This document shows, piece by piece, positions 10,043-23,413 of a DNA stretch of 64,000 nt. The DNA comes from an uncultured Spirochaetales bacterium (GTDB lineage: Bacteria; Desulfobacterota_D; UBA1144): contig CAYTRR010000004.1 in the NCBI GenBank assembly GCA_964440275.1, forward strand, positions 14,258 to 78,257, read 5' to 3'. Under the pieces are notes generated by a model. The model was not told the DNA's origin. It made no database searches and saw only the letters and a list, made by a program, of their open reading frames with translations. How positions within the stretch are numbered: the first letter of the stretch is position 1; each line of letters opens with the position of its first letter. Position numbers and translations under genes: made by a program.

Positions 10043-10789
10043 TCATAATTCTACTGATAATCCATCATAACCTGGCTCTATTCCTTCGGGAAGAATCTCC
10101 ATTAATTCGTAATAGTCTAAGTCAGAGCTCATATGAGTCAGTATGGTTCTTTTTGATTTAAGATTTTTTGCCACTTCTATTGCCTGCTGAACGGATAGAT
10201 GTGCATTATGAGGAGTAACTCTTAACGCGTCCAAGACAAGTAGGTCCAGATTTTGCATCTTGCTAATTGTTTCTTCTGGTATCGAGCTGCAGTCAGTAAT
10301 GTATGCAAATTTACCGATTCTATACCCAAATATGTCCCAATCATTATGCAAGATTGGTAATGGAATTATATTAACGCCTTGCTCGACAAATTCATCATCG
10401 ATTACATTAAGGTTTAATCTGGGTCTACCAGCAGTATTTTTTGGGCTAAAGATATATGAAAAATTTTGTTTTATATCTCTAAGGGTGAAGCTGTTGCCAA
10501 AGCAGTTAATTCTCTCCTTTCGCAAATAACTATAGATTCTAAGGTCGTCGATACCATGAGTATGGTCAGCATGTGAATGAGTATAAAGTACAAAATCTAT
10601 TTTAGTTATATTATTGCTTATAGCTTGCTGACGAAAATCTGGACCACTATCTATTAAAATATCTTTGTTCTCAACAGATATATATACAGAACTTCTAGTT
10701 CTCCAATTCTTTTCTCTTACCTCAGTAGAATCCTTTCCTAAAACTGGAGAACCTACAGATGAGCCACATCCTAAAACAATTACCCTCAC
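10043..10789 (-). CDS. Metallo-beta-lactamase-fold hydrolase, PhnP-like
   Basis: LGCGSSVGSP, RTRSS, THSHADHTHGIDDLR, YITD, LTHM. Confidence 0.9.
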   Translation of the reverse strand: MRVIVLGCGSSVGSPVLGKDSTEVREKNWRTRSSVYISVENKDILIDSGPDFRQQAISNNITKIDFVLYTHSHADHTHGIDDLRIYSYLRKERINCFGNSFTLRDIKQNFSYIFSPKNTAGRPRLNLNVIDDEFVEQGVNIIPLPILHNDWDIFGYRIGKFAYITDCSSIPEETISKMQNLDLLVLDALRVTPHNAHLSVQQAIEVAKNLKSKRTILTHMSSDLDYYELMEILPEGIEPGYDGLSVEL

Positions 10790-10808
10790 ATAAAAAATAT
10801 ATCATTAG

Positions 10809-13563
<2,755 letters not shown>

Positions 13564-13571
<8 letters not shown>

Positions 13572-14274
13572 GAATGAACCTGTTTAAGAATATACCTGTT
13601 GCTACACCAACATTTAAAGAATTTGTTTTACCTAATCTTCCAATACTAATTAAGAAATCGCAGTTGGTTCTAATTTTAGAACTTATCCCTTTCTCCTCAG
13701 ATCCAAAAACAATTGCCAGTTTTTCTCCAATAAATTTATTGAATATATCATCTTTTATATCTTTACCGTCAATATCTGCTCCTAAAATCCAATATTTATT
13801 TTTTTTAAGTTCGTTAATTGAATTGGCTAGATTTGGTACTTCGTAAATATTAATTCCAAAAATTGCACCAGCAGAAGCTTTAACTGAACCCGGTGATATT
13901 GTAGCAGATCTTTTGTTTGGAATAATAATTGTGTTAATACCAAAAAAAACACTTGTTCTTGTAATTGCTCCAAAATTTTGAGGATCTTTTATATGATCTA
14001 GAATCAGAACAATATTACTCATATTTTTAATATCATTTTTAAAATGTTTAAATTCTTTTGGTCTGGGCATATCTATTTCTGCTGCCAATGATTGATGTTT
14101 TGTTGTCCCAGTTATTCTTTTCAATTCTGCATCAGAGACGTAAACGGTATTTATATTTACAACCGATTTCATCTCTGAATCTGAAAGCTTATTCTTTGAA
14201 ATGAATAATGTTGATATTTTATTGGGAAATAAATTTATAAAATCTTTAACTGGGTTTAGACCATATATAATCAT
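13564..14274 (-). CDS. rlmB: 23S rRNA 2'-O-methyltransferase (SpoU/TrmH family)
   Basis: DPQNFGAITR, KASAGA, GSEEKG, SLNVGVA. Confidence 0.88.
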
Positions 14275-15650
14275 TTTGGTTGTTCTTTAATGAACTCTTT
14301 ATATATTTTTATAATTTTTAAATTGATATATTTGCTGTCGAATAATTCTATTGGATTAAATGAAACTCCCTGTATGTATGTAGCAAAATGAAGATGGTCA
14401 CCAAATGCATATCCAGTACTGCCAGTATTGCCAATAACTGAATCAGTATCTACTTTCTCGCCAATACCCACAGAAATTGTATTCAAATGTGAATATAGAG
14501 TATAAAATCCTAGACCATGATCGATAACAATTGATTTGCCGTATATTCCCAAACCATCATTATCTACATAAGAAACAATTCCTCTATTAGATGGATTGAC
14601 TTTTGCATTGGCTGTAGAAGCCAAATCAATACCTAAGTGATACTTAGAATCAACGCTACCTTCGATACCATCAATAAAATAATTTCTTTTCTCGCTATAT
14701 GTAGAGAATACTTTTGAATTTTTCATTTGAACAAATTTCCCATTGAATAATAATTCTTTTCTAATTTTTTCTGTCTTCATAGTCAGTAGCTGATCATTCT
14801 TTGCCCGTTCATTGATGTTAAGCTCTCTGAATTCTTTTAAACCAGCACTAGTTTTATTGTCTTTTTTAATCTCATTATATTTCATCAATAAAAATTTACT
14901 GTTAATTTTGATATCTGATGTTGGCCAAGCTTTTTTACTAAGAGTATTAATTTTCTTAGAAAGAGAAACCTTATTACCAGACCTATCCTCTGCGACAACA
15001 ATTATCTTATTGTTTTTGCATGGCAAATTAGAACATGTAAAAAAAACTAAATTTGAAATTTTTTCATCTTTAAGAATAGAAATTGGATAAAACATCTTCC
15101 CAACACCTGTATCAACATATGACTTTATAGCATCTACGCTAGTATCGTAAAGTACATAGCCAATGCCTCCTTGATAGATATAGCCATCTGACCTAATATT
15201 AGATATTTTTGGTGGATCAAAATCGATTTTAAGTTTAATTTCATCTTTTATAAAAGAAGTAAAAAATGAGTTCTTATAGCTAATAGAATAATGAAGATAA
15301 AAATGGTCTATATTCTCACTTCTAATCATTTTAACTACAGGGCTATTTGTCTTAAATTTAATTTCAATGTTAATTTGGTTTCCGCCATCTAAAAACTCTT
15401 CTTGCTTGTATATGTCAACAAGATTAGTTCCATCCTTGCTTCCTGAAATATGAATTGAAACAATACTTACATTCTCTGTATTAATTGTAGCCTTAAGTCC
15501 AGAGTATGAGATTGTATCTTTTGCAAACAGTTCAAAACTAGGTTTATGAAAAATATAAACAAATCCTACATAAACCAATGCTGATATCAGCGCAATCAAT
15601 ACCAAGAAAATAAGATTGTTCTTGATTTTTCTAAGGAGTCTCTTAAGCAT
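14271..15650 (-). CDS. M23 family metallopeptidase with N-terminal membrane anchor
   Basis: HLGID, YSHL, GSTGYAFGDHLHF. Confidence 0.9.
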   Translation of the reverse strand: MLKRLLRKIKNNLIFLVLIALISALVYVGFVYIFHKPSFELFAKDTISYSGLKATINTENVSIVSIHISGSKDGTNLVDIYKQEEFLDGGNQINIEIKFKTNSPVVKMIRSENIDHFYLHYSISYKNSFFTSFIKDEIKLKIDFDPPKISNIRSDGYIYQGGIGYVLYDTSVDAIKSYVDTGVGKMFYPISILKDEKISNLVFFTCSNLPCKNNKIIVVAEDRSGNKVSLSKKINTLSKKAWPTSDIKINSKFLLMKYNEIKKDNKTSAGLKEFRELNINERAKNDQLLTMKTEKIRKELLFNGKFVQMKNSKVFSTYSEKRNYFIDGIEGSVDSKYHLGIDLASTANAKVNPSNRGIVSYVDNDGLGIYGKSIVIDHGLGFYTLYSHLNTISVGIGEKVDTDSVIGNTGSTGYAFGDHLHFATYIQGVSFNPIELFDSKYINLKIIKIYKEFIKEQPK

Positions 15651-15658
15651 TTTCTAAA

Positions 15659-16447
15659 TTATATTATTAGATACTTTGAAATCAAATAAAAAAAAGGAAG
15701 GATGAATATTAAACTATCTACTCTATCCAATATGCCACCATGTCCTGGGAGCAAATTCCCTGTGTCTTTAACTCCTGATTTTCTTTTAATATAAGATTCA
15801 AACAAATCACCCACAATACCTAAGAAAGAAACGAAAAGACCTATGAACATTGACTGTAAGGTTGATAAACCAAATTGAAAATAACGAAATAGTACTACGG
15901 CAGAAAGAACAGAAACGACTATTCCTGCAAAAGACCCTTCAAAAGTTTTATTGGGGCTTACTTTGGGAAAAGCTTTTCTTATTCCAAAGAATTTTCCAAT
16001 TAAATACGCTGAGATGTCATTAAGTGCGCTTATGATTAGAACAGATGCCATCAACCAGAGACCATTGTCTAAATCTCGTATTAAGATAGCAAAATTAATT
16101 CCAAATCCTGTATATAAAATTACAAAAAGATATGAACTCCAAAACTCTTCGATTTTTATTTTGGTATAAAGAATTCTGATAAGCCAAAGTAGTAGAACGA
16201 ATAAAGATAGGTAAAGAAACAAATCAAAGCTATGATGAGCGAATAAAGGAAAAAGTATCACAGCAAAAAAAGAAAGAACAACATGAAGTTTTGATTCAAC
16301 TTTGAGTATTTTTCTGTATTCCCAAAACCCTAGACATGTTATCAGCAACAAGTAGGAAGTAAAAACAAGACCTCCTTTGTAAACCGTATAAATGGTAATA
16401 GGTAAAAGAATCAAGCTTGTTAAAATTCGTTTTAAAAGGTTTCCCAT
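15659..16447 (-). CDS. cdsA: Phosphatidate cytidylyltransferase
   Basis: SPNKTFEG, GDLFESYIKR..GVKDTGNLLPGHGGILDRVDS. Confidence 0.96.
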   Translation of the reverse strand: MGNLLKRILTSLILLPITIYTVYKGGLVFTSYLLLITCLGFWEYRKILKVESKLHVVLSFFAVILFPLFAHHSFDLFLYLSLFVLLLWLIRILYTKIKIEEFWSSYLFVILYTGFGINFAILIRDLDNGLWLMASVLIISALNDISAYLIGKFFGIRKAFPKVSPNKTFEGSFAGIVVSVLSAVVLFRYFQFGLSTLQSMFIGLFVSFLGIVGDLFESYIKRKSGVKDTGNLLPGHGGILDRVDSLIFILPFFYLISKYLII

Positions 16448-16572
16448 CTCTAAAAATATTAATAATATATAATTTTAAGAATATCAATTTCTTATGTTGT
16501 TTTATATAACTATATCTAGATTGACTATTAATAAGAAATAAGATTAAATGTATTCTTTTGATGGTTAATTAG

Positions 16573-17115
16573 ATGGTCCCTAAATATGCATTTGTAACTA
16601 AAGGTGTTGGAACAAGCAAAGAGAAACTAACTAGTTTCGAGATGGCTCTAAGGAACGCAGACATTGCACAATACAATCTAGTTAAAGTATCCAGCATTAT
16701 GCCACCTCACACTGAAATAATTACAAAGAAACGAGGTTTGAAAAAACTTTCAGCAGGCCAAATTGTTTATGTGGTTTTGAGCGAAAGCTCAACAAATGAG
16801 CCTGAAAGAAGAATTGCTGCATCAATTGGTATAGCTCTTCCTGTTGATAGGTCCAAACATGGATATCTTTCAGAGCATCATAGTTATGGGCAAAGTAAGA
16901 AAGCTTCTGGAGAGTATGCTGAAGATCTTGCTGCTTACATGTTGGCAACAACAATCGGTGCACCTTTTGATATTGACAAAAATTATAATGAACAAAAAGA
17001 TATATGGAAAATAAGTGGTCATACAGTCAAAACACAAGAAATCACAAGTACTGCGGAAGGACCAAAAGATAAATCATGGGTTACAGTAATTTCTGCAGTA
17101 GTTTTTATTATTTAG
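16573..17115 (+). CDS. pdaD: Pyruvoyl-dependent arginine decarboxylase
   Basis: SFEMALRNA..YNLVKVSSIMPP (Ser-Ser autocleavage site), GYLSEHH. Confidence 0.9.
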   Translation: MVPKYAFVTKGVGTSKEKLTSFEMALRNADIAQYNLVKVSSIMPPHTEIITKKRGLKKLSAGQIVYVVLSESSTNEPERRIAASIGIALPVDRSKHGYLSEHHSYGQSKKASGEYAEDLAAYMLATTIGAPFDIDKNYNEQKDIWKISGHTVKTQEITSTAEGPKDKSWVTVISAVVFII

Positions 17116-18379
17116 TCTGACCATCGCCTATCACGACAAATTTTTTTGAAGTTAACTCATTTAATCCCATAGGTCCAAAAGCATGGAGCTTTGTTGTGCT
17201 TATACCTATCTCAGCACCTAAACCTAGTTCGTTTCCATCATTAAATCTAGTAGATGTATTATGCATTATCGCAGAAGAGCCAACACTATTTATGAAAAAT
17301 TCAGCTTGTGCTAGATCCTCAGTAATAATTGATTCTGTATGAAGTGAACCATATTGTTCTATATGGCTTATTGCAGAAGAAATATCTGCTACTATTCTTA
17401 TATTTAATTCTAGCTCTAGATACTCTTTGTGCCAATTATCCTCAACAGCTAAATCATCAGCTCCGTATTGCATAACTTCTTTCGATCCATGAATTGTCAC
17501 TTCGTTTTCTTTGAGTAGTTTTATAATTTTAGGTAAAAACTTTTTGGCAACACTTTTATGAACAAGTAAAGTTTCCATTGCATTACAAACTCCTGGTCTT
17601 TGAACTTTAGAGTTTAATGAAATATTTACAGCCTTGTCTAAATCTGCATATTCGTCTACATATACATGACATACACCTTTATAGTGCTTAATTACTGGTA
17701 TTCTAGAATTTTCAGAAACAAAACGTATTAGCCCTTCTCCACCTCTTGGAATTATCAAATCAATATCCTCATCCAATGTTAGAACATACTTCATAATCTC
17801 CCTGTCAGTATGAGGGATCATGTTCACACAATTAGAATCAAATCCTTGCTTTAAAAGTGCCTTTTGTATTGATTGAACGAGGGACTTGTTAGTTTCAAAA
17901 CATTCGGAACCTCCTCTTAAAATAGTTGCATTTCCAGATTTCAAACATAAAACTGCAGCATCAGAAGTAACATTAGGTCTAGATTCGTAAATAATACCTA
18001 TTGTCCCAAGTGGAATTGTCTGCTTGTATACATCAAGTCCATTAGGTCTTTTATGAAGAAACTCTCTCTTACCCACAGGGTCATCCAATTTAATTATCTC
18101 TTTTATATTTTTTATAATTTCTTGAAGTCTACTTTTGTCAAGCTTAAGTCTATCTAGGAACGCTGATGAATATTCCTTGTCTTTTGCATTATCAATATCA
18201 ATTTTATTAGCTTCAAGTATTGCTTGCTCATCTTCTTCTATTTGATTTGATATTTCTTTCAAAAGCATATCTTTATCTTCAGTGGTAGCTTTTGCTAGAC
18301 TCAGAGAAGCTAATTTGGTAGAACCAATTAGCTTTAGGGCCTCATCTTTATATTGCTGTATAATCGCATCGTTGACCAT
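17108..18379 (-). CDS. proA: Gamma-glutamyl phosphate reductase
   Basis: IIYESRPNVT, IPRGGEGL, CNAMETLL, GAEIGISTTKLHAFGPMG. Confidence 0.97.
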   Translation of the reverse strand: MVNDAIIQQYKDEALKLIGSTKLASLSLAKATTEDKDMLLKEISNQIEEDEQAILEANKIDIDNAKDKEYSSAFLDRLKLDKSRLQEIIKNIKEIIKLDDPVGKREFLHKRPNGLDVYKQTIPLGTIGIIYESRPNVTSDAAVLCLKSGNATILRGGSECFETNKSLVQSIQKALLKQGFDSNCVNMIPHTDREIMKYVLTLDEDIDLIIPRGGEGLIRFVSENSRIPVIKHYKGVCHVYVDEYADLDKAVNISLNSKVQRPGVCNAMETLLVHKSVAKKFLPKIIKLLKENEVTIHGSKEVMQYGADDLAVEDNWHKEYLELELNIRIVADISSAISHIEQYGSLHTESIITEDLAQAEFFINSVGSSAIMHNTSTRFNDGNELGLGAEIGISTTKLHAFGPMGLNELTSKKFVVIGDGQTK

Positions 18380-18386
18380 TTAAGCT

Positions 18387-18415
18387 ATAATAAATGAACC
18401 TATTTACAAGGTCAA
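18387..18415 (-). promoter_or_regulatory. Putative sigma70 promoter of proA (probably leaderless)
   Basis: Minus strand TTGACC (18415-18410)-N17-TATTAT (18392-18387)-N7-ATG (18379). Confidence 0.6.
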
Positions 18416-18463
18416 AGATTGTTAAGTATATTATCAACTATATTATAGAATTTTGGAGTTTAC

Positions 18464-18862
18464 ATGGAAAGTACGTTGTCAATAATTAAACCAGACGGAA
18501 TTAAAAAAAAACTTATAGGTACTATCTTTAAGAGATTCGAAGAAGAAGGCTTTGAAATAGTAAACATTAAGTATACAACTCTTACAAAAATTGAAGCAGC
18601 TAGCTTCTATGAAATGCATCAAGGAAAGCCTTTTTTTGAAAACTTAATAAATTTCATGACTTCTGGTCCCTGTTTACCTTTTGTAGTTAGAGGAGACAAT
18701 GCAGTAATGAGAGTGAGAGAAATAATGGGGGCAACTGATCCTGCCGAGGCTAAAGATGGGACAATAAGAAAAATTTATGCTGACAGCATTGATAGCAACA
18801 TCATTCATGGTTCAGATTCAAAAGAGTCAGCTGAAAGAGAGATTTTATTCTTTTTTGGATAA
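18464..18862 (+). CDS. ndk: Nucleoside diphosphate kinase
   Basis: TLSIIKPDG, GATDP, NIIHGSDS; SD GGAG upstream. Confidence 0.97.
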   Translation: MESTLSIIKPDGIKKKLIGTIFKRFEEEGFEIVNIKYTTLTKIEAASFYEMHQGKPFFENLINFMTSGPCLPFVVRGDNAVMRVREIMGATDPAEAKDGTIRKIYADSIDSNIIHGSDSKESAEREILFFFG

Positions 18863-19476
18863 TTTATTCTAGATTTTATTTCGTCGAAAAAATTATTAGC
18901 TAACAAATCACAACACTTGTGCTTATCTAGTTTTGTGAGATCTTCTAAGTTGCCTACCATGATTTCTGGATTTCCGCATGGAGCAATTAAATTAAATTTA
19001 TCTAAAGAGCAATTCAGATTTATAGATAGTCCATGCATAGAAATTCCTTTTCTTACAGATACTCCTATTGAAGCAATTTTTTTATTTTGAACCCAAACAC
19101 CAGGGCCGTATATATTTTTTTCACCAATTAGATCAAAAGAATTCAACAATGTTAAGACTGCATCTTGCAAAGCATCAACAAAATCTTTTAATTTTAATCC
19201 TAAACTTTTTAAATTTATAATAGGGTAGAAAATCAATTGACCAGGACCATGATAGGTAACGTTACCACCACGAGTCGATCTAAATATTGGCAAATTTCTA
19301 TTATCCTCAAATTTAGTAAATCTGCCAATAGTGTAGATATCATCATGCTCTAGGAACAAAAAAAAGCCTAGCGCAGCACCATTAGAAACAGAGTCATAGA
19401 ATTCAAGCTGGGTAGAAATGAACTTTTTGTAATCTTGGTGTTCTTTGAATTTTTTAACATATATATAATTTGACAC
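18805..19476 (-). CDS. lipB: Lipoyl(octanoyl) transferase
   Basis: LEH..IYTIG, RGGNVTYHGPGQL, KIASIG, HGLSIN, PCG. Confidence 0.93.
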   Translation of the reverse strand: MSNYIYVKKFKEHQDYKKFISTQLEFYDSVSNGAALGFFLFLEHDDIYTIGRFTKFEDNRNLPIFRSTRGGNVTYHGPGQLIFYPIINLKSLGLKLKDFVDALQDAVLTLLNSFDLIGEKNIYGPGVWVQNKKIASIGVSVRKGISMHGLSINLNCSLDKFNLIAPCGNPEIMVGNLEDLTKLDKHKCCDLLANNFFDEIKSRINYPKKNKISLSADSFESEP

Positions 19477-19484
19477 TATGATAT

Positions 19485-19493
19485 TGTTATTAT
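19485..19493 (+). promoter_or_regulatory. Putative extended -10 element of holA (probably leaderless)
   Basis: TGtTATTAT followed by 7 nt and the ATG at 19501. Confidence 0.45.
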
Positions 19494-19500
19494 ATCTAAA

Positions 19501-20475
19501 ATGGATGCAAAGAAAAAAATATCAATTGAGAACTTTTTAGCTGATGATTCTCTAACGACTATCCAAATCATTGATTCTACTGGCTATTATGAAAATTTAA
19601 TAAAAGAAGGAATTGAAAAAGTTTCTATGGAGTTGGGTCAAGATACTAATTTTGATATCTTTGACGTAACAAAACAAAGCAATATAACAGAAGTTTTAGA
19701 CACCTTTAAAACATACCCGTTTTTAAATAAGTTTAGGTATGTAATAGTAAAGGGTTTGTACAAAGAAAATAAGAAAGAAGTCGAACTTTTGACTGAATAT
19801 CTTCAAAAACCATCATCCACAACGAAACATTTTTTTATTCTAGACGATGACAAAATTGATCTACCTTGTGATTTTTATATAGAAGATAGTAATACTAAGG
19901 AAACTATGGAAGATTTCGTAAGGCAGGAGCTTAAAAACAGAAAAATACAATTAGATTCGTCTCGTATAAAACTATTGGTTGATAAAAACTTAACCAACAA
20001 ACTTTTAATAACTAAAGAAATAGATAAACTGCAAAGTTTATCCGAATCAAAGAAACTTGATGGTTTCAATTTAGATGATTTAGTTGATGATTCTAAAAGG
20101 GAATCCTATGAGCAAACTTATAACTTAATGAATTATATCAACAAAAAAGACTTGAGGTCTTGTATTTTAGAATTAGAAAAAACCAAATTTACTGAAGATA
20201 TTTTTTTAGAGATATCAAAAATCGCTTGGCGGTTCAGAGTCTATTTGAAAATAAAAATTTTAAAAAGTAAAAGTATTGATGATTCTGAAATAATTAAACT
20301 TATTAGTGTATCAAAATATCAATATAAATATCTAAATTTGGAATCTAGCAAAAAAACATTGGATGAAATAATTAAAAGTTTAAAAACTATAAAAGAAGTA
20401 GATAGATTATTAAAAAGCACCAACATTAACCATGAGATTTTAAGTTTTTATTTACTGAAAAGACTTTGCGGATAA
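19501..20475 (+). CDS. holA: DNA polymerase III subunit delta (divergent)
   Basis: TYPFLNKFRYVIV, EIDKL, C-terminal DRLLKS; convergent with rpsT, a common synteny. Confidence 0.75.
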   Translation: MDAKKKISIENFLADDSLTTIQIIDSTGYYENLIKEGIEKVSMELGQDTNFDIFDVTKQSNITEVLDTFKTYPFLNKFRYVIVKGLYKENKKEVELLTEYLQKPSSTTKHFFILDDDKIDLPCDFYIEDSNTKETMEDFVRQELKNRKIQLDSSRIKLLVDKNLTNKLLITKEIDKLQSLSESKKLDGFNLDDLVDDSKRESYEQTYNLMNYINKKDLRSCILELEKTKFTEDIFLEISKIAWRFRVYLKIKILKSKSIDDSEIIKLISVSKYQYKYLNLESSKKTLDEIIKSLKTIKEVDRLLKSTNINHEILSFYLLKRLCG

Positions 20476-20484
20476 GAAGTCAAG

Positions 20485-20736
20485 TTATGACAATTTTGAT
20501 AATTTAGAAATATTCCTTGAAGCATTTTTTTTATGGATTATCCCTTTTGAAGCAGCTTTTCTAAATAAAGATTCTACTTTTTTAAATAACTCTTCCTTGT
20601 TAGATTTATCGTCCGAGAAAGACTTCTTGTAAATTTTAACGTGTGTTTTCAAGCTAGAAAGGACAGACTTGTTTCTTAAACGTCTCTTAGCATCCTGCCT
20701 AATTCTTTTTTTAGCTGAGTTACTTTTATTTGCCAT
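20485..20736 (-). CDS. rpsT: 30S ribosomal protein S20
   Basis: MANKSNSAKKRIRQ..RRLRNKS, KGIIHKKNASR. Confidence 0.96.
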   Translation of the reverse strand: MANKSNSAKKRIRQDAKRRLRNKSVLSSLKTHVKIYKKSFSDDKSNKEELFKKVESLFRKAASKGIIHKKNASRNISKLSKLS

Positions 20737-20818
20737 AATAAAGCGTTTAGTTTCCTATTTTTATCCATTTTGTCAATCTTTTATTTAAAAAATTTTAAAA
20801 ATAAAGTAATATAAAAAG

Positions 20819-21463
20819 GTGAAATTTTTCATAGATAGTGCGAACATAGATGAAATTAAAGAGATTGCTTCTTTAGGTCTGCTAGATGGTGTTACTACTA
20901 ATCCATCACTAGTTGCGAAAGAAAGTGGCCAAAAGAACTTTAACAAAATAATAAAAACCATCTGTGGTATTGCTAAAGGTCCGGTTAGCGCCGAAGTGCT
21001 TTCAACTGATTATGATTCAATGATTAAAGAAGGAAAAATGCTTTCAAAAATTGATAAGAATGTTGTAGTAAAACTTCCTATGACGATAGATGGTATAAAG
21101 GCAACGAAATATCTTTCTCAGAAAAAAATCCCTGTCAATGTAACTTTAATTTTTTCTCCTTCACAAGCTTTGATTGCAGCAAAAGCTGGTGCTGCTTATG
21201 TTAGTCCTTTTATAGGAAGACTTGATGACATTTCTACAAATGGCATGAATCTGGTTCAGGATATATCGGAAATATTTATGAACTTTGGTTTTCCTACTGA
21301 AATCTTGGTAGCAAGTGTCAGAAATCCTATCCATGTTGTTGAAGCAGCCAAAATGGGAGCTGATGTTGCCACATTGCCATATAAAGTTCTAATGCAATTA
21401 TTTAACCATCCATTAACAGATATTGGATTAGAAAAATTTCTAAAAGATTGGAATAAGAAATAA
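20819..21463 (+). CDS. tal: Transaldolase / fructose-6-phosphate aldolase family (short form)
   Basis: [42 protein letters not shown]. Confidence 0.92.
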   Translation: MKFFIDSANIDEIKEIASLGLLDGVTTNPSLVAKESGQKNFNKIIKTICGIAKGPVSAEVLSTDYDSMIKEGKMLSKIDKNVVVKLPMTIDGIKATKYLSQKKIPVNVTLIFSPSQALIAAKAGAAYVSPFIGRLDDISTNGMNLVQDISEIFMNFGFPTEILVASVRNPIHVVEAAKMGADVATLPYKVLMQLFNHPLTDIGLEKFLKDWNKK

Positions 21464-21464
21464 T

Positions 21465-22196
21465 TTATTTGTTTTTACAGTGAACCAAGTACTCAACATT
21501 GCCTTTTGCACCTTTTATAGGTGATTCTATTGTTTGGTCAACAAACCTATAATAATTTTCTAAAAAGGATACAACTTTATCAATTGATTCTTTTCTATAT
21601 GAAGAATTTTTTACTATACCATTCCTTCCTATCTTGTTTTTAGACAGTTCAAACTGCGGTTTAATCAAACCTATAAACTCATTATTTTTAGTAGAAAAGG
21701 CATCAAAGAGACCATCAAATTTTGTTATTGAAACAAAAGATACATCCATAACAATAAGATCCGGGTCATCTCTAATTGTTTTATTATTAATGTGTCTTGC
21801 GTTAGTATTTTCAATGTTTACTACTCGTTTATCGTTTCTTAATTTGTAGTCTAGCTGACCATATCCTACATCTATGGAATAAACTTTCCTTGCACCATTT
21901 CGTAGCAAACATTCGGTGAATCCACCTGTTGAAGCACCTATATCCATACAGATTTTATTTTCTGTTTTTACATTAAAATGTTCTATGGCAGCGATAAGTT
22001 TATGCCCTCCCCTGCTAACATAATTTTCTGACAAGTATTTGATTTCTATGGTTGAATTTGAATCGATTAATTTTGATGGAACTCTTTCTTTGATGCCGTT
22101 TACATAAACTTCTCCTGCCATTACATGTACTTGCGCCTTTGACCTAGAGTCAAAATACTTTCTATCAAAAAGGATTAAGTCTAATCTGCGTTTCAT
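21465..22196 (-). CDS. tlyA: TlyA rRNA methyltransferase (S4 + FtsJ domains)
   Basis: RLD, YVSRGGHKL, DIGASTGGFT, DVSFVS, IKPQFE, GNVEY. Confidence 0.95.
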   Translation of the reverse strand: MKRRLDLILFDRKYFDSRSKAQVHVMAGEVYVNGIKERVPSKLIDSNSTIEIKYLSENYVSRGGHKLIAAIEHFNVKTENKICMDIGASTGGFTECLLRNGARKVYSIDVGYGQLDYKLRNDKRVVNIENTNARHINNKTIRDDPDLIVMDVSFVSITKFDGLFDAFSTKNNEFIGLIKPQFELSKNKIGRNGIVKNSSYRKESIDKVVSFLENYYRFVDQTIESPIKGAKGNVEYLVHCKNK

Positions 22197-22288
22197 AATC
22201 TTAATAAATAATTAGTTTACATTTTTTTTATATTGGTTTGACTATTAGTTATAATTTATATTACTCATTTTAAAGAGAGGAGAAATAG

Positions 22289-23068
22289 ATGGATTTTAAA
22301 AATTCTGTTGGAATTGTCACTGGAGGAGGAACTGGTATTGGTAAAGGGACTTCAATTGAACTAGCAAAAGCGGGCATGAAGTTAGTAATCGGTAACAGAA
22401 ATGAAGAAAAAGGAAACGAAGTGGTTGAGATTATAAAAAAGAATGGTGGTGAAGCTTTATTCCTTAAAACCGATGTCTCATCACCTGATGAAGTAGAGAA
22501 GCTAGTTGAATTCACATTAAGAGAATATGGTGATTTTCAATACGCTTTTAACAATTCAGGTCTTTTAGGTGAGGTGGAACCAATCGCTACTCAGTCACCT
22601 ACGAAATCTTCATATATTGTAGACGTTAATATAAAAGGGGTTATCTACTGTATGCATTACCAGATTGCGGCAATGCTAAAGTACGCTAATAAGTCGAAAC
22701 CATGTAGCATTGTTAATAACAGCTCTATATTATCACATGCATCTTATGCTGGATTAACAGTCTATTCAGCTACTAAGCACGCAGTTACTGGTCTGACTAA
22801 AGGTGCAGCTGTAGAATTAGCACAATCTAATATAAGAGTAAATGCAGTTGGTCCAGGGCCAATTAATACACCTATGCTTTCAGATCCAACAGATGGTCAT
22901 CCTGAAGTTTTTGGTGGAATGGTTCCAATGAACAGAATTGGAACACCAAAAGAGGTGAGTAACGCTGTTATGTGGTTATTTTCTGAAGAATCAGCTTATG
23001 TTACGGGTCATACCTTGATGATAGATGGAGGTTTTTGTTCAGGTCCAATTGTATCAGGTGCAGAATAA
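22289..23068 (+). CDS. Short-chain dehydrogenase/reductase
   Basis: TGGGTGIG, NNSG, YSATK, RVNAVGPG; SD AGGAG at 22278-22282. Confidence 0.93.
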   Translation: MDFKNSVGIVTGGGTGIGKGTSIELAKAGMKLVIGNRNEEKGNEVVEIIKKNGGEALFLKTDVSSPDEVEKLVEFTLREYGDFQYAFNNSGLLGEVEPIATQSPTKSSYIVDVNIKGVIYCMHYQIAAMLKYANKSKPCSIVNNSSILSHASYAGLTVYSATKHAVTGLTKGAAVELAQSNIRVNAVGPGPINTPMLSDPTDGHPEVFGGMVPMNRIGTPKEVSNAVMWLFSEESAYVTGHTLMIDGGFCSGPIVSGAE

Positions 23069-23411
23069 AGATTTAATTTTCCAAAAACTATCTTCTTCTA
23101 AGTTTCGTTCTAAATTTAATCTAAATCAGGAACTTGTATCTTATGTTCAAAAAAAGGGTTTAGTTGAAATTGAAAACCATGCTAGAGAACTTATACAAAA
23201 AAGAATTAGTCCAAAAAAAATCTCAAATGATGGTAATCAAACTCCATTCAACAAACACCCTGTTTTTGTTGCGCAACATGCAACTGCCACATGCTGTAGA
23301 AAGTGTATTAAAAAATGGCATGGGATTAAAATGAATCAAGAATTAAGCTCAGATGAGCAAGATTATATAGTAAGCCTAATAATGAGATGGATAAGGAAAA
23401 ATTCAGATTAA
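23058..23411 (+). CDS. DUF4186 family protein (start probably GTG 23058)
   Basis: SKFRSKF, NDGNQTP..HPVFVAQHATATCCRKCIKKWH. Confidence 0.85.
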   Translation: MQNKDLIFQKLSSSKFRSKFNLNQELVSYVQKKGLVEIENHARELIQKRISPKKISNDGNQTPFNKHPVFVAQHATATCCRKCIKKWHGIKMNQELSSDEQDYIVSLIMRWIRKNSD

Positions 23412-23413
23412 AT

